From NCBI GenBank assembly GCA_016776605.1, contig JADHTB010000002.1, positions 130,842-194,841 on the forward strand: a DNA stretch of 64,000 nucleotides, in the 5' to 3' direction. Shown here in pieces: positions 54,652-63,263 of this stretch. Position 1 is the stretch's first letter. Every line of letters starts with the position of its first letter. The notes beneath the pieces are model-generated. The model was not told the DNA's origin and searched no databases. It was given only the letters and a program-made list of their open reading frames with translations. Origin of the DNA: Alphaproteobacteria bacterium (lineage in GTDB: Bacteria; Pseudomonadota; Alphaproteobacteria; GCA-2731375). A program made the translations under genes and the position numbers.

Positions 54652-55470
54652 ATGGTTTTATCAATTAACACTAATATTGGCGCGATGATTGCGCTGCAAC
54701 ATCTCAACGCTACAAACGGCAGATTAGAAGCGACCCAGCTTCGCATTACCACGGGCCTGCGGATCAACGGTCCGAAGGACGACGCCTCTACTTATGCCAT
54801 CGCCCAGAACATGCGGGGCGATATTAATGGCATGGTCGCGGTGAAGACGGCGATTGCCGGTGGCGAGTCGACGGTCAATGTGGCCTTGGAAGGCGCCCAG
54901 GCAATTAACAATCTGCTGCTGGAAATGAAGGCAAAGGTGGTGCAAGCCAACCAGGCTGGACTTGACACAACCTCCCGCACCGCCCTGCATAATGATTTCG
55001 ATGCGCTGCGCCAGCAGATCGAGACCATTACGGGTACCGCCGAATTTAACGGCTCTAATTTGATTAAGGCGAGTGCCGGTAATCTGTCGGTGTTGAGCAC
55101 GGTTGACGGCAGTACAATCGCGGTGTCGGCGCAGACAATGGATCCGACCACGCTTTCCATCCACACCACGACACTGCAAACGTCGGCGGGTGCGGCGACG
55201 GCGTTGACAGCCATCGATTCGGCAATAACGGCCGTGGCGGACAAATTGGCGGCCCTGGGCTCCGTTTCCAAGCGGCTGGAAATCCAAGGCGATTTTATGG
55301 TCACATTGATCGACATCCTGCGCGCCGGCGTTGGTAACCTAGTGGATGCTGACATGGCCGAGGAAAGCGCCATGCTGCAATCATTGCAGATCAAACAGCA
55401 ACTTGGCGTCCAGGCACTGTCGATTGCCAATTCCAATCCCCAGACTATCCTGGCTCTGTTCAACGGTTAG
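54652..55470 (+). CDS. Flagellin (short alphaproteobacterial type, 272 aa)
   Basis: N-terminus MVLSINTNIGAMIALQHLNATN and C-terminus …LQSLQIKQQLGVQALSIANSNPQTILALF are the conserved D0/D1 flagellin termini. There is no hypervariable domain. Confidence 0.92.
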   Translation: MVLSINTNIGAMIALQHLNATNGRLEATQLRITTGLRINGPKDDASTYAIAQNMRGDINGMVAVKTAIAGGESTVNVALEGAQAINNLLLEMKAKVVQANQAGLDTTSRTALHNDFDALRQQIETITGTAEFNGSNLIKASAGNLSVLSTVDGSTIAVSAQTMDPTTLSIHTTTLQTSAGAATALTAIDSAITAVADKLAALGSVSKRLEIQGDFMVTLIDILRAGVGNLVDADMAEESAMLQSLQIKQQLGVQALSIANSNPQTILALFNG

Positions 55471-55512
55471 GCATCAAAAGGTGCGGTCGGGCAACCGGGC
55501 GTATGCAGGAAA

Positions 55513-55911
55513 ATGGCACTTAAACTAACACTCAAACCAAGCGAAAAATTCGTCATCAATGGCGCGGTGATCCAAAACTCGGATCGGCGCACCACCCTGG
55601 TGATCCAGAACAGGGCGTCTCTTCTGCGGGAAAAAGACATCATGTTGCCCGAGGATGCGACGACGCCCATGCGCCGGATCTATTTCACGATCATGATGCT
55701 GTATCTGGACGAAGGTGCGCTGAAGCAGCATCAGGACGCCTTCCTGGAATTGATGTCTGGATTCATGAATGCAATCAGCAATGCCGAAGCGGTGGCGGAA
55801 TGCGTCAACGTTATTCAGCAGGTTCACGCAAAACAATATTACAAGGCGCTGGTTGGCTGCCGGAAGTTGTTTCCGTTTGAAGAGGAGAGATTAAATTATG
55901 TCGCTACATAG
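55513..55911 (+). CDS. flbT: Flagellar biosynthesis repressor FlbT
   Basis: MALKLTLKPSEKFVINGAVIQN…LLREKDIM…TPMRRIYF is the FlbT signature. Position after flagellin. Confidence 0.85.
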   Translation: MALKLTLKPSEKFVINGAVIQNSDRRTTLVIQNRASLLREKDIMLPEDATTPMRRIYFTIMMLYLDEGALKQHQDAFLELMSGFMNAISNAEAVAECVNVIQQVHAKQYYKALVGCRKLFPFEEERLNYVAT

Positions 55912-56239
55912 CTACGAGGTCGCACAGAATACGACCGAAACGCCGCGGCAGACTGAATATAGGTTGTTTGCCCAGGTCACCCGGGCTTTGCTGGAATGCC
56001 AAAATGCGGAGACTAAATCGCCGGTGGCCAAGGCTATTCATTGGAACCGAAGGCTTTGGTTGGCGCTGCAGGCGGATTGCGCCATGGAGAACAATGTTCT
56101 GCCAGACGAGACCCGTGCCGGGATCATCTCACTGTCCCTCTGGGTGGATAAACATTCGCGCAAGGTGTTGCGTGGTGAAGCCAAGTTAGAGCCATTGATC
56201 GACGTCAACCGCTCGATCATGGAGGGCTTGTCGGCCTAA
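55898..56239 (+). CDS. flaF: Flagellar biosynthesis regulator FlaF
   Basis: 113 aa; …ETPRQTEYRLFAQVTRAL… matches FlaF. It overlaps the flbT stop by 14 nt. Confidence 0.8.
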   Translation: MSLHSYEVAQNTTETPRQTEYRLFAQVTRALLECQNAETKSPVAKAIHWNRRLWLALQADCAMENNVLPDETRAGIISLSLWVDKHSRKVLRGEAKLEPLIDVNRSIMEGLSA

Positions 56240-56305
56240 CGGCGGACAGCCAAGAAATAGAGCCCGTCTCGACCCGGACGCCCATCGCGTCCGAACCCCG
56301 GTGAT

Positions 56306-56346
56306 CGCCCGGCCAACAAAGTTGGCCGGGCGGTTGCGTTTTGTGG
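56306..56346 (+). terminator. Candidate rho-independent terminator after flaF (CGCCCGGCCAAC-aaa-GTTGGCCGGGCG + GTTGCGTTTTGTG)
   Basis: A 12-bp GC-rich stem seen directly. The U-tract is interrupted. Confidence 0.45.
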
Positions 56347-56470
56347 CCCTGATATACCGAGGCCGTGGCTGCTCCGCGGTCATCCTTCGGGCTTTTAGAC
56401 GCCACCTGAATTTTGCATTACATTGTTCTCGCCATGATGTGGCAACAAGGAATGATCGGGGCGATAGAGG

Positions 56471-56953
56471 TTGGCCATGGCGTTGCGTCTGAGCATATTA
56501 GGGCTGCTGCTGGCCGGTGCATTGTTGTGCGGCAGACCGGTCGCGGCTGGGACCGCCGCCCGGTCCATCGATCAGCTCACGGTGATAACGGTTCAGGGGC
56601 GGCATCAATTTCATGTCGAATTGGCCGCGACGGAAGAGGCCAGACGCAAGGGCTTGATGCACCGGCAGGCCTTGGCGAACGATGCCGGGATGCTGTTCAT
56701 TTTTCCAGACAGCGGCCGGCACGGCTTTTGGATGAGAAATACTCTGATCCCGTTGGATATGCTGTTCATCGCCGGGGATGGCCGCATCGTGTATGTGCAT
56801 CACAATGCCCAGCCGCGGTCTCTGACGTCGATCAGGCCCAGCGTGGACGCCAGGGCGGTATTGGAAATTAATGGTGGGCTCAGCCGCCGTCTGGGCATTG
56901 CCATCGGTGACCAGGTTTTGCACCCCAGTCTGACGGGAACTGCTCTAAAGTGA
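56471..56953 (+). CDS. DUF192-domain protein (secreted)
   Basis: Signal peptide plus GLMHRQ…GMLFIFP…FWMRNTLIPLDMLFI…GRIV…VLEINGG, the DUF192 pattern. Confidence 0.75.
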   Translation: MAMALRLSILGLLLAGALLCGRPVAAGTAARSIDQLTVITVQGRHQFHVELAATEEARRKGLMHRQALANDAGMLFIFPDSGRHGFWMRNTLIPLDMLFIAGDGRIVYVHHNAQPRSLTSIRPSVDARAVLEINGGLSRRLGIAIGDQVLHPSLTGTALK

Positions 56954-57384
56954 TACAGGCGGAAGATGACTTAGGCAGGCCACCGCCATCCGGCTTTGTG
57001 GCGGACAGCCGGAATAGTCCCTATACGGCCATGATCGGACCGTTATACGAAATTCCCGGCGATGATCAGAGCCGGCGCGGTTTCTGGGTACTGGATCGTC
57101 ATATCAATAATGCGGGCATCATTCATGGCGGCATGTTGATGAGTTTCGCCGATACCCTTTTGGGCCGCGCCGTCAGCAACAGCGGAGCCGGCATGGCCGT
57201 GACCCTGCATATGACAACGGATTTTATTGGACCGGCCCATTTGGGCGATTGGATCGAGGGTAAGGCCGGCGTCGTGCGCCGCACACGCACGATCGTTTTC
57301 GTGGAGGGCGAGATCGTCACCCGCAAGCGTCTGGTGATGACCGCGAAAGGTATTTTTCGCCGCCTGGCCCGAAACCGGGGTTAA
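56950..57384 (+). CDS. PaaI/YbgC-type hotdog-fold thioesterase
   Basis: …NNAGIIHGGMLMSFADTLLG… (HGG motif); about 144 aa. GTG start overlapping the DUF192 stop. Confidence 0.7.
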   Translation: MIQAEDDLGRPPPSGFVADSRNSPYTAMIGPLYEIPGDDQSRRGFWVLDRHINNAGIIHGGMLMSFADTLLGRAVSNSGAGMAVTLHMTTDFIGPAHLGDWIEGKAGVVRRTRTIVFVEGEIVTRKRLVMTAKGIFRRLARNRG

Positions 57385-57398
57385 TTGGAAATTACTCA

Positions 57399-57480
57399 GA
57401 TCTTTAGAATTAGAGCAATTTTTCCAATCACTTAGAATCGCTTCGCGATTCTCATTAATTCGGAATTGCTCTAAAAGATC
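57399..57480. repeat. Palindromic MITE/REP-like element, copy 4 (compact form; GATCTTTAGAATTAGAGCAATT…AATTGCTCTAAAAGATC)
   Basis: The inverted terminal repeats are seen directly. Its right terminal repeat contains the TAG stop and last two codons of the Mo-hydroxylase FAD subunit. Confidence 0.75.
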
Positions 57481-58442
57481 GTTTCCGCAAGCTTCTGTGC
57501 CAGGGCGCCGGCGACACGACGGCGGTAATGGGGCGGTGTCAGGGTGGTTTTCATGGCCTTGGCCTGACCGCGCACCACATCGCGCATTTCCTCCAAACAG
57601 CTATCGTCGGGTTTGCGGCCGATAAATTTATCCAGGCCGCGCACCAGGAAGGGTAGGGGAGAAACCCCGGTCAGGCCAATGCGCAGATCGGCGATCTTTT
57701 CGTCCTGCAGACCCATTCGCACGGCAACGCCCGCCAGCGGGAAATCGATCGAGCCACGGACCCGGGATTTGGCATAGCCGGTTGTTATGGGGATTGGATT
57801 TTTCGGCACATGCACCGCGACCAGTATTTCGCCTTTCCCCAAGGTGAGATGATCCATGCCATCGTTGCGGTACAATGCCGCCAGGGCAATGCGGCGGCGG
57901 CCGTCGGGACCGGCCAATTCCACCTCGGCGTCAAACAACAACAGGGCCGGGGCCACATCGCCCGAAAAGGCCGCGAAGCATTTCTTGCCGCCGGGCGCTA
58001 CGTGGCAGATATCGCCCCGATACTTTAGGCAATAATTGTTCGCCGCCCGCCACCATTCGCTTTGATTGTAAAAGACACAGCGGGTATCGAGGCACAGGTT
58101 GCCGCCCAATGTGCCGTATTCCCGATGGCTGGGGCCGGCCACGTCTCCGGCGGCCTGGGTCACGGCTGAAAAATGCTCCCGCAACAGATTGCTTTCGGCC
58201 AGGTCGCGCAGGTTCACGGCGGCGCCGATGCTGATCTGGCCGGGCGCATCGGTAATTGCATGCATCTCGGCAATGCCGTTCAGGTAGACCAGGTTATCGG
58301 GCGTTTCAATGCCGCGCCGGATATTGACCAGAAGGTCACTGCCCCCCGCCAGATAGCGGCCGGACGGCGCGGCCGCATGCAGCTTGATCGCTTCTTCCAC
58401 CGTCGCGGGGTGATACAGGCGCATTTCGGGAAGGTATTCCAT
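57471..58442 (-). CDS. Molybdenum-hydroxylase FAD-binding (medium/beta) subunit with a Cys-rich insertion (putative extra 4Fe-4S loop; HcrB-like)
   Basis: FAD_binding_5 N-terminus (…YLAGGSDLL…) and a CO-dehydrogenase flavoprotein C-terminal domain. Insertion: CLDTRCVFYNQSEWWRAANNYCLKYRGDICHVAPGGKKC. Confidence 0.8.
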   Translation of the reverse strand: MEYLPEMRLYHPATVEEAIKLHAAAPSGRYLAGGSDLLVNIRRGIETPDNLVYLNGIAEMHAITDAPGQISIGAAVNLRDLAESNLLREHFSAVTQAAGDVAGPSHREYGTLGGNLCLDTRCVFYNQSEWWRAANNYCLKYRGDICHVAPGGKKCFAAFSGDVAPALLLFDAEVELAGPDGRRRIALAALYRNDGMDHLTLGKGEILVAVHVPKNPIPITTGYAKSRVRGSIDFPLAGVAVRMGLQDEKIADLRIGLTGVSPLPFLVRGLDKFIGRKPDDSCLEEMRDVVRGQAKAMKTTLTPPHYRRRVAGALAQKLAETIF

Positions 58443-60775
58443 CAGGCAACCTTCCCTTCGGCATTGGCTGCCGTCCGGTCATCGCGGGCCTTTTTTTCCA
58501 GCAGTTCCATCAACCGGTCCGGCGTCAGGGGAAGCTCGGTCGCCCGCACGCCCATGGCGTCGGCAACGGCGTTGGTCAGGGCGGGTAGAAAGCCGGTTAA
58601 GGAACCTTCGCCGGCCTCCTTGGCGCCAAACGGGCCGTGGGGATCGTTGGCCTCGATAATGCCAACTTCGATAGGCGGCGATTCCATGATGGTGGGTACG
58701 CGATAATCCAACATATTGGCATGCAAGGGCAGGCCTTCGTGAAAGCGGGTCTCTTCGGACATGGCCTGTCCCATGCCCATCCAGACGGAACCCTGGACCT
58801 GACCTTCCACCGCCAAGGGGTTCAAGGCCTTGCCGCAATCATGGGCAACCCAGACCTTGTCCACCGTGATCTCCGCCGTATAGGGATCGACCGTAACCTC
58901 GACCACTTGGGCTGCATAGCTGAACGCCATGGTGCCGCCGATCGCCGCGCCGCGGTATTTCCTGCCGCCCCAGGATTCGGGAATAGTGTCGTAGGTGCCT
59001 TTGACGGCAAGCGTACCTTCGCCATTCAGGGCCTCCATGACCACTTCTTCGAAGGTCAGGCCCTGATCTTGTTGGCCACCGCGATAGACCTCGCCCAGGC
59101 ATTCCACATCCGCCGGCGGAATATCCAGCTTTCTGGCGGCAGCCTCGATCAGCAAGGCTTTTAAATTTTGCGCGGCGTCGATGGATGCGTTACCCACCAT
59201 GAAGGTGACCCGCGAGGAATAGGAGCCATTGTCCTTGGGTGTTAAGGCGCTGTCGGAGGCGATTACCCGGATACGGCCCATGTCCACGCCCAGGGTTTCC
59301 GCGACGCATTGCGCCATCACGGTGGAGGAGCCCTGGCCGATCTCGGCCGCCCCGGTCAAAAGCGTGATCGAGGCATCCCAATCCACGCGCAGATGGATTG
59401 TGGCATGGGGTTCGCCGGTCCAGTGTTTGGGTTTGGAGGCGCCGGAAATGTAGTGCGAGCAGGCCATGCCCAAACCCTTGTTGGGGCCCAATTTACCCTT
59501 GCGCTGTTTCCAGCCGCTGGCTTTTTCGGCCCAATCCAGGCACTGATCCAAACCATAGCTGTTCACCAGCAAATCATTCTCGGTCATGGTTGGGGCCACC
59601 AGCAGATTGGCCCGGCGCACGGCAAAGGGATCAAGGCCCAGTTCCGTCGCCATGCCGTCGATCAGGTTTTCAAAGGCAAAACGGGTCTTTACCGTGCCAT
59701 GGCCGCGAAAGGCGCCGCAGGGCGGGGTGTTGGTCAGTACGCGGCAACCTTTGAAACGGGCGGAGACGATGTCATAGATGCCATAGATCAACGAGCCGGC
59801 ATACAAAATGGTCACGATGCCATAGCCGCTATAGGCGCCGCCGCGCTGTTGGGCCGAGAAGTCGACGGCGGTGATGGTGCCGTCCTTTTTCATGCCAACC
59901 TTCATCTTGATCTGGGTTTCGGGCCGACCGCGATGGGTGATAAAGGTCTCCTCGCGGCTCAACACGACCTTTACCGTGGCCCGCGCCTTGCGCGCCAAAA
60001 GACCGGCGATCAGATCGCTTTGCAGGGTTTCCGTACGGCAGCCGAAACCGCCGCCGATATGGGGCTTAATCACCCGAATATGAGACTCCGGCAGGGCCAT
60101 GGTACGGGCCAGCATCTTGTGCACATAAAACGGCACCTGGGTTGACGGCCTGATCGTCAGCCGCTCCCGCGCCGCGTCATATTCGGCAAAGGCGGCGTGT
60201 GGTTCCATCTGGGCCTGGCAGACCTCGGCGCAATGGAAATCAAGCTCGCGCACCAGATCGGCCGCCGCCATGCCGGCGTCCACATCGCCTAAATCGAAAT
60301 CGACCTCGCGTTCGATATTGCCCGGCTTGTCGTCGTGCAACAGCTTCGCGCCTTGGGCGCGTGCCTGGTCCGCGGTGAAATAGGCGGGTAGTTCCTCATA
60401 ACTGACATCGATCAAATCCAGGGCCCGTTGCGCCGTGGCGACATCCACCGCCGCCACCGCCGCCACCGGTTCGCCGCGATAGCGGACCCGGTGCCGGGCC
60501 AGGGCCCATTCGTTCATGGCGATGGGCAGCACGCCATAGCTATCGGCGCAGTCGGCCTCTGTTATCACCGCCAGCACGCCGGGCAGAGCCTCGGCCTTGC
60601 TGGTATCGATGGCAACGATATTGGCATGGGCCAGGGGACTGCGCAGAATGCGGCCCACAAGTGCGTCCACCACCTGGAAATCAGCGGCGAACATGGCCTT
60701 GCCCGTGGTCTTTTCCGGGCCGTCAACCAGCGGCTTGGGGATGCCGATGGACAGTATGGGCGTGATCTTGTTCAT
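58442..60775 (-). CDS. Molybdenum-hydroxylase molybdopterin-binding large (alpha) subunit (xanthine dehydrogenase/aldehyde oxidase family)
   Basis: 777 aa; Ald_Xan_dh_C / C2 domains. Its start overlaps the stop of the 2Fe-2S subunit and its stop overlaps the FAD subunit start. Confidence 0.85.
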   Translation of the reverse strand: MNKITPILSIGIPKPLVDGPEKTTGKAMFAADFQVVDALVGRILRSPLAHANIVAIDTSKAEALPGVLAVITEADCADSYGVLPIAMNEWALARHRVRYRGEPVAAVAAVDVATAQRALDLIDVSYEELPAYFTADQARAQGAKLLHDDKPGNIEREVDFDLGDVDAGMAAADLVRELDFHCAEVCQAQMEPHAAFAEYDAARERLTIRPSTQVPFYVHKMLARTMALPESHIRVIKPHIGGGFGCRTETLQSDLIAGLLARKARATVKVVLSREETFITHRGRPETQIKMKVGMKKDGTITAVDFSAQQRGGAYSGYGIVTILYAGSLIYGIYDIVSARFKGCRVLTNTPPCGAFRGHGTVKTRFAFENLIDGMATELGLDPFAVRRANLLVAPTMTENDLLVNSYGLDQCLDWAEKASGWKQRKGKLGPNKGLGMACSHYISGASKPKHWTGEPHATIHLRVDWDASITLLTGAAEIGQGSSTVMAQCVAETLGVDMGRIRVIASDSALTPKDNGSYSSRVTFMVGNASIDAAQNLKALLIEAAARKLDIPPADVECLGEVYRGGQQDQGLTFEEVVMEALNGEGTLAVKGTYDTIPESWGGRKYRGAAIGGTMAFSYAAQVVEVTVDPYTAEITVDKVWVAHDCGKALNPLAVEGQVQGSVWMGMGQAMSEETRFHEGLPLHANMLDYRVPTIMESPPIEVGIIEANDPHGPFGAKEAGEGSLTGFLPALTNAVADAMGVRATELPLTPDRLMELLEKKARDDRTAANAEGKVA

Positions 60776-61242
60776 GCGCTCAACTCCCGGGCCGCGAATT
60801 GTACCGCCTCGATGATCTTCACATAGCCTGTACAGCGGCAGATGTTCGCGGCCAGGGCGGCGCGGATGTCCGCCTCACTGGGATCAGGATTGCGGCGTAA
60901 TAGAGCCTCGGATGCCATGATCATGCCCGGCGTGCAAAAGCCGCATTGCGCGCCCAGTTTTTCATGAAAGCCGCGCTGGATCGCCGTTAACCGGCCATCG
61001 CGGGACAGCCCATCGACGGTTTCAACCTTGGCATTCTGGCAGGTTGCCGCCAGGGTCAGGCAGGCGTGGCGTGGCCGGTCATTAATCAGCACCGTGCAGG
61101 CGCCGCACTCACCGCCATCGCAGCCGATCTTGGTGCCGGTCAGGCCCGCTTTTTCGCGCAGATAATCCACCAGCAGCATATTATCGGGGACGACATCATC
61201 ACGGTTGATGCCGTTGACGGTCAGGGAAAGGGTTGTTTTCAC
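60772..61242 (-). CDS. Molybdenum-hydroxylase (2Fe-2S)-binding small (gamma) subunit
   Basis: Plant-ferredoxin-type C…CDGGECGACTV and a second cluster motif CGFCTPGM…C.C (CRCTGY). 156 aa. Confidence 0.88.
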   Translation of the reverse strand: MKTTLSLTVNGINRDDVVPDNMLLVDYLREKAGLTGTKIGCDGGECGACTVLINDRPRHACLTLAATCQNAKVETVDGLSRDGRLTAIQRGFHEKLGAQCGFCTPGMIMASEALLRRNPDPSEADIRAALAANICRCTGYVKIIEAVQFAARELSA

Positions 61243-61435
61243 GCTATGGCTCCCGCATCAATGGTCCTGTTCCGATGCGGAGATTATAGTCAAATATTGT
61301 TGGGTACCCAAACAATATTTGACTGCTGTGCAGGCCGGCATCAATTCGGGTTTATGGTGGCGGCGGCCGAACCACAACCAGCCTGACGGCGGAAATCGCC
61401 GCCAGACCGGTTCAGGTTTGCTTGTTGGCCGGCTC

Positions 61436-61825
61436 TTAACCCATGACGATGGGCAGGGCGACCATCACCAGGCCGACGATGGAGACCGCCCATACGGCGG
61501 TGCGCAGCCACGGTATCCCAAACAAATAAATCACGGCGTGGGCCAGCCGGGCGCCAACAAAGATTTGCGCCCCAAGGGCCGTATTAGCGTTGTTCAGACC
61601 GGCCACTTGCACGATCAATACCAACGCGGCGAACAGGATCAGGTTTTCCAGCATGTTCTGATGCGCCCGCTTGGCCCGCCCGGCCATGGCGGTTTCCACC
61701 ACATCGTCCCTGTTACCCGCCAGTGCGGGCAGACCAACCTGCATCAAGGCCAACAGCACGGCTACAATTACTTGGCCAAAGGTCAGGACCACGGCCCAGA
61801 ATAACATCGACAATTCAACAGTCAT
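61436..61825 (-). CDS. MAPEG-family membrane protein (microsomal glutathione-S-transferase-like)
   Basis: 129 aa; four TM helices with the conserved …RAHQNMLENL… loop typical of MAPEG. Confidence 0.65.
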   Translation of the reverse strand: MTVELSMLFWAVVLTFGQVIVAVLLALMQVGLPALAGNRDDVVETAMAGRAKRAHQNMLENLILFAALVLIVQVAGLNNANTALGAQIFVGARLAHAVIYLFGIPWLRTAVWAVSIVGLVMVALPIVMG

Positions 61826-61961
61826 CTCAATCCCCTCTGCAGTTCATAAATATTAACCATAGATATTGCGGTACGTTCCAGACGGTACGCTAAATATGGA
61901 CAAAATCCAAGCTGCAAAGACGCGGCAGGTGGACCTGGGGATGGCTGCCCGCGATGGAGGT

Positions 61962-62777
61962 CTATGGATCGCTCCGCAAGCTTGGCAGACCAATACCCAC
62001 CGCATCAAAGCCGCCGTCGACGGCCAGGATCTGCCCGGTGATATAGCTCGCCTGATCGCTGCACAGAAACCAGATCGCGTCGGCAATCTCTTGTTCCAGA
62101 CCATAACGGTTCAGGGGAATAGCATCGTGGTAATCCGCGCGGATTGCCGGGCTATGCACGGCCTTGGCCATGGCGGTGTCGACCGGGCCGGGGGATACGC
62201 CGTTGACCCGTATGCCGGCCTCGCCCAATTCCGCCGCCTGCTGTTTGGTCAGATGCATCAGTCCGGCCTTGGAGGTGCCATAGGCAACCCGCAAGGTACT
62301 GGCGCGCAGTCCAGAGACCGAGGTGATATTGACGATACTGCCGCCGCCGCCGGCGATCATCACCGGCGCGCAGGCCTGGCTACACAGGAAAGGGCCGCTC
62401 AGGTTGACGTCCAGCACCCGCTGCCATTCAGCAAAACTTGTCTGCAACAAGGGTTTGAACACGGCGGTGCCGGCATTGTTAACCAGGGCGTCTATGCGGC
62501 CGAAACGGCCGGCGATCTGATCGACGGCGCCTTGCACCTGATCGGGTTCCGCCACATCGCAGGTAACCGCCATGAGTTCCCCCGTAGCGGCATTGGGGGC
62601 GGCATTGGGGGCGGAATTGGGAGCGGTGAGGGCGTCCATGGTCTGTCCAAGGGTTTCGCCATCAATATCCAGCAGCGCCACATGCCAGCCTTCGCGGAGA
62701 AATTTCTCCACCGTTGTCCGCCCGATACCGCGCGCGGCACCGGTAACGACGGCGACTTTCGTAACCGGCTCGTTCAT
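61962..62777 (-). CDS. SDR-family oxidoreductase with a repetitive APNAAPNAA surface insertion
   Basis: TGAARGIG, NNAG and YGTSKAG motifs. A 12-nt tandem repeat at about 62575–62615 encodes APNSAPNAAPNAA. Confidence 0.85.
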   Translation of the reverse strand: MNEPVTKVAVVTGAARGIGRTTVEKFLREGWHVALLDIDGETLGQTMDALTAPNSAPNAAPNAATGELMAVTCDVAEPDQVQGAVDQIAGRFGRIDALVNNAGTAVFKPLLQTSFAEWQRVLDVNLSGPFLCSQACAPVMIAGGGGSIVNITSVSGLRASTLRVAYGTSKAGLMHLTKQQAAELGEAGIRVNGVSPGPVDTAMAKAVHSPAIRADYHDAIPLNRYGLEQEIADAIWFLCSDQASYITGQILAVDGGFDAVGIGLPSLRSDP

Positions 62778-62833
62778 GGCGCCTCCATCTCTCAGGCTGC
62801 TTGTTTCAGACAGCTTGTCTCAGGCTGGTTGTA

Positions 62834-63259
62834 TCAAGCTGGGCGGAATACGGGCAGGGTCAAATCAGCCGTGGCGTCTTCATAGTCCAGACGAACCGGC
62901 ATCCCGACACAGAGCTGGTCTGCCTCCACGTCCCTGATCTGGGCGCATATGCGGACACCTTCCTCCATATCCACGGTGACCAGCATCATGGGCAGGTCGC
63001 CTAAAAAGCCTGGGTGAAAGGCATGGTGCGTAATGGTCCAGCTATGCAGCTTGCCCTGGCCACTGGCCCGCACCCAGTCCACTTCCATGGAATAGCAGCT
63101 ATCGCACACCGGGCGGGGGTAGTGCCGGATCTTGCCGCAATCGGCGCACCGCTGCAGGCGCATGGCGTGATCTTTCAGACTGTCCCAGAACGGTTTGCTG
63201 TCCCGGTTCAGCGGCGGCATGGGTTTGTCGTAGGCCGTGTCTGACATGATTTTTTCCAT
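62834..63259 (-). CDS. DUF35 Zn-ribbon/OB-fold protein (thiolase-associated)
   Basis: CADCGKIRHYPRPVCDSC (rubredoxin-like Zn ribbon) followed by an OB-fold. It starts 4 nt after the upstream thiolase stop. The ORF to 63385 overlaps the thiolase and is trimmed. Confidence 0.7.
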   Translation of the reverse strand: MEKIMSDTAYDKPMPPLNRDSKPFWDSLKDHAMRLQRCADCGKIRHYPRPVCDSCYSMEVDWVRASGQGKLHSWTITHHAFHPGFLGDLPMMLVTVDMEEGVRICAQIRDVEADQLCVGMPVRLDYEDATADLTLPVFRPA

Positions 63260-63263
63260 TGGA

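Noticed and set aside
54792-55463. 223-aa minus-strand ORF (also 54724..55287)
   Set aside because: Antisense shadows of the flagellin gene, whose identity is unambiguous.
61866-62885. 339-aa plus-strand ORF
   Set aside because: It is fully antisense to the well-supported SDR gene (61962..62777) and Arg/Gly-rich. This is a typical high-GC shadow ORF.
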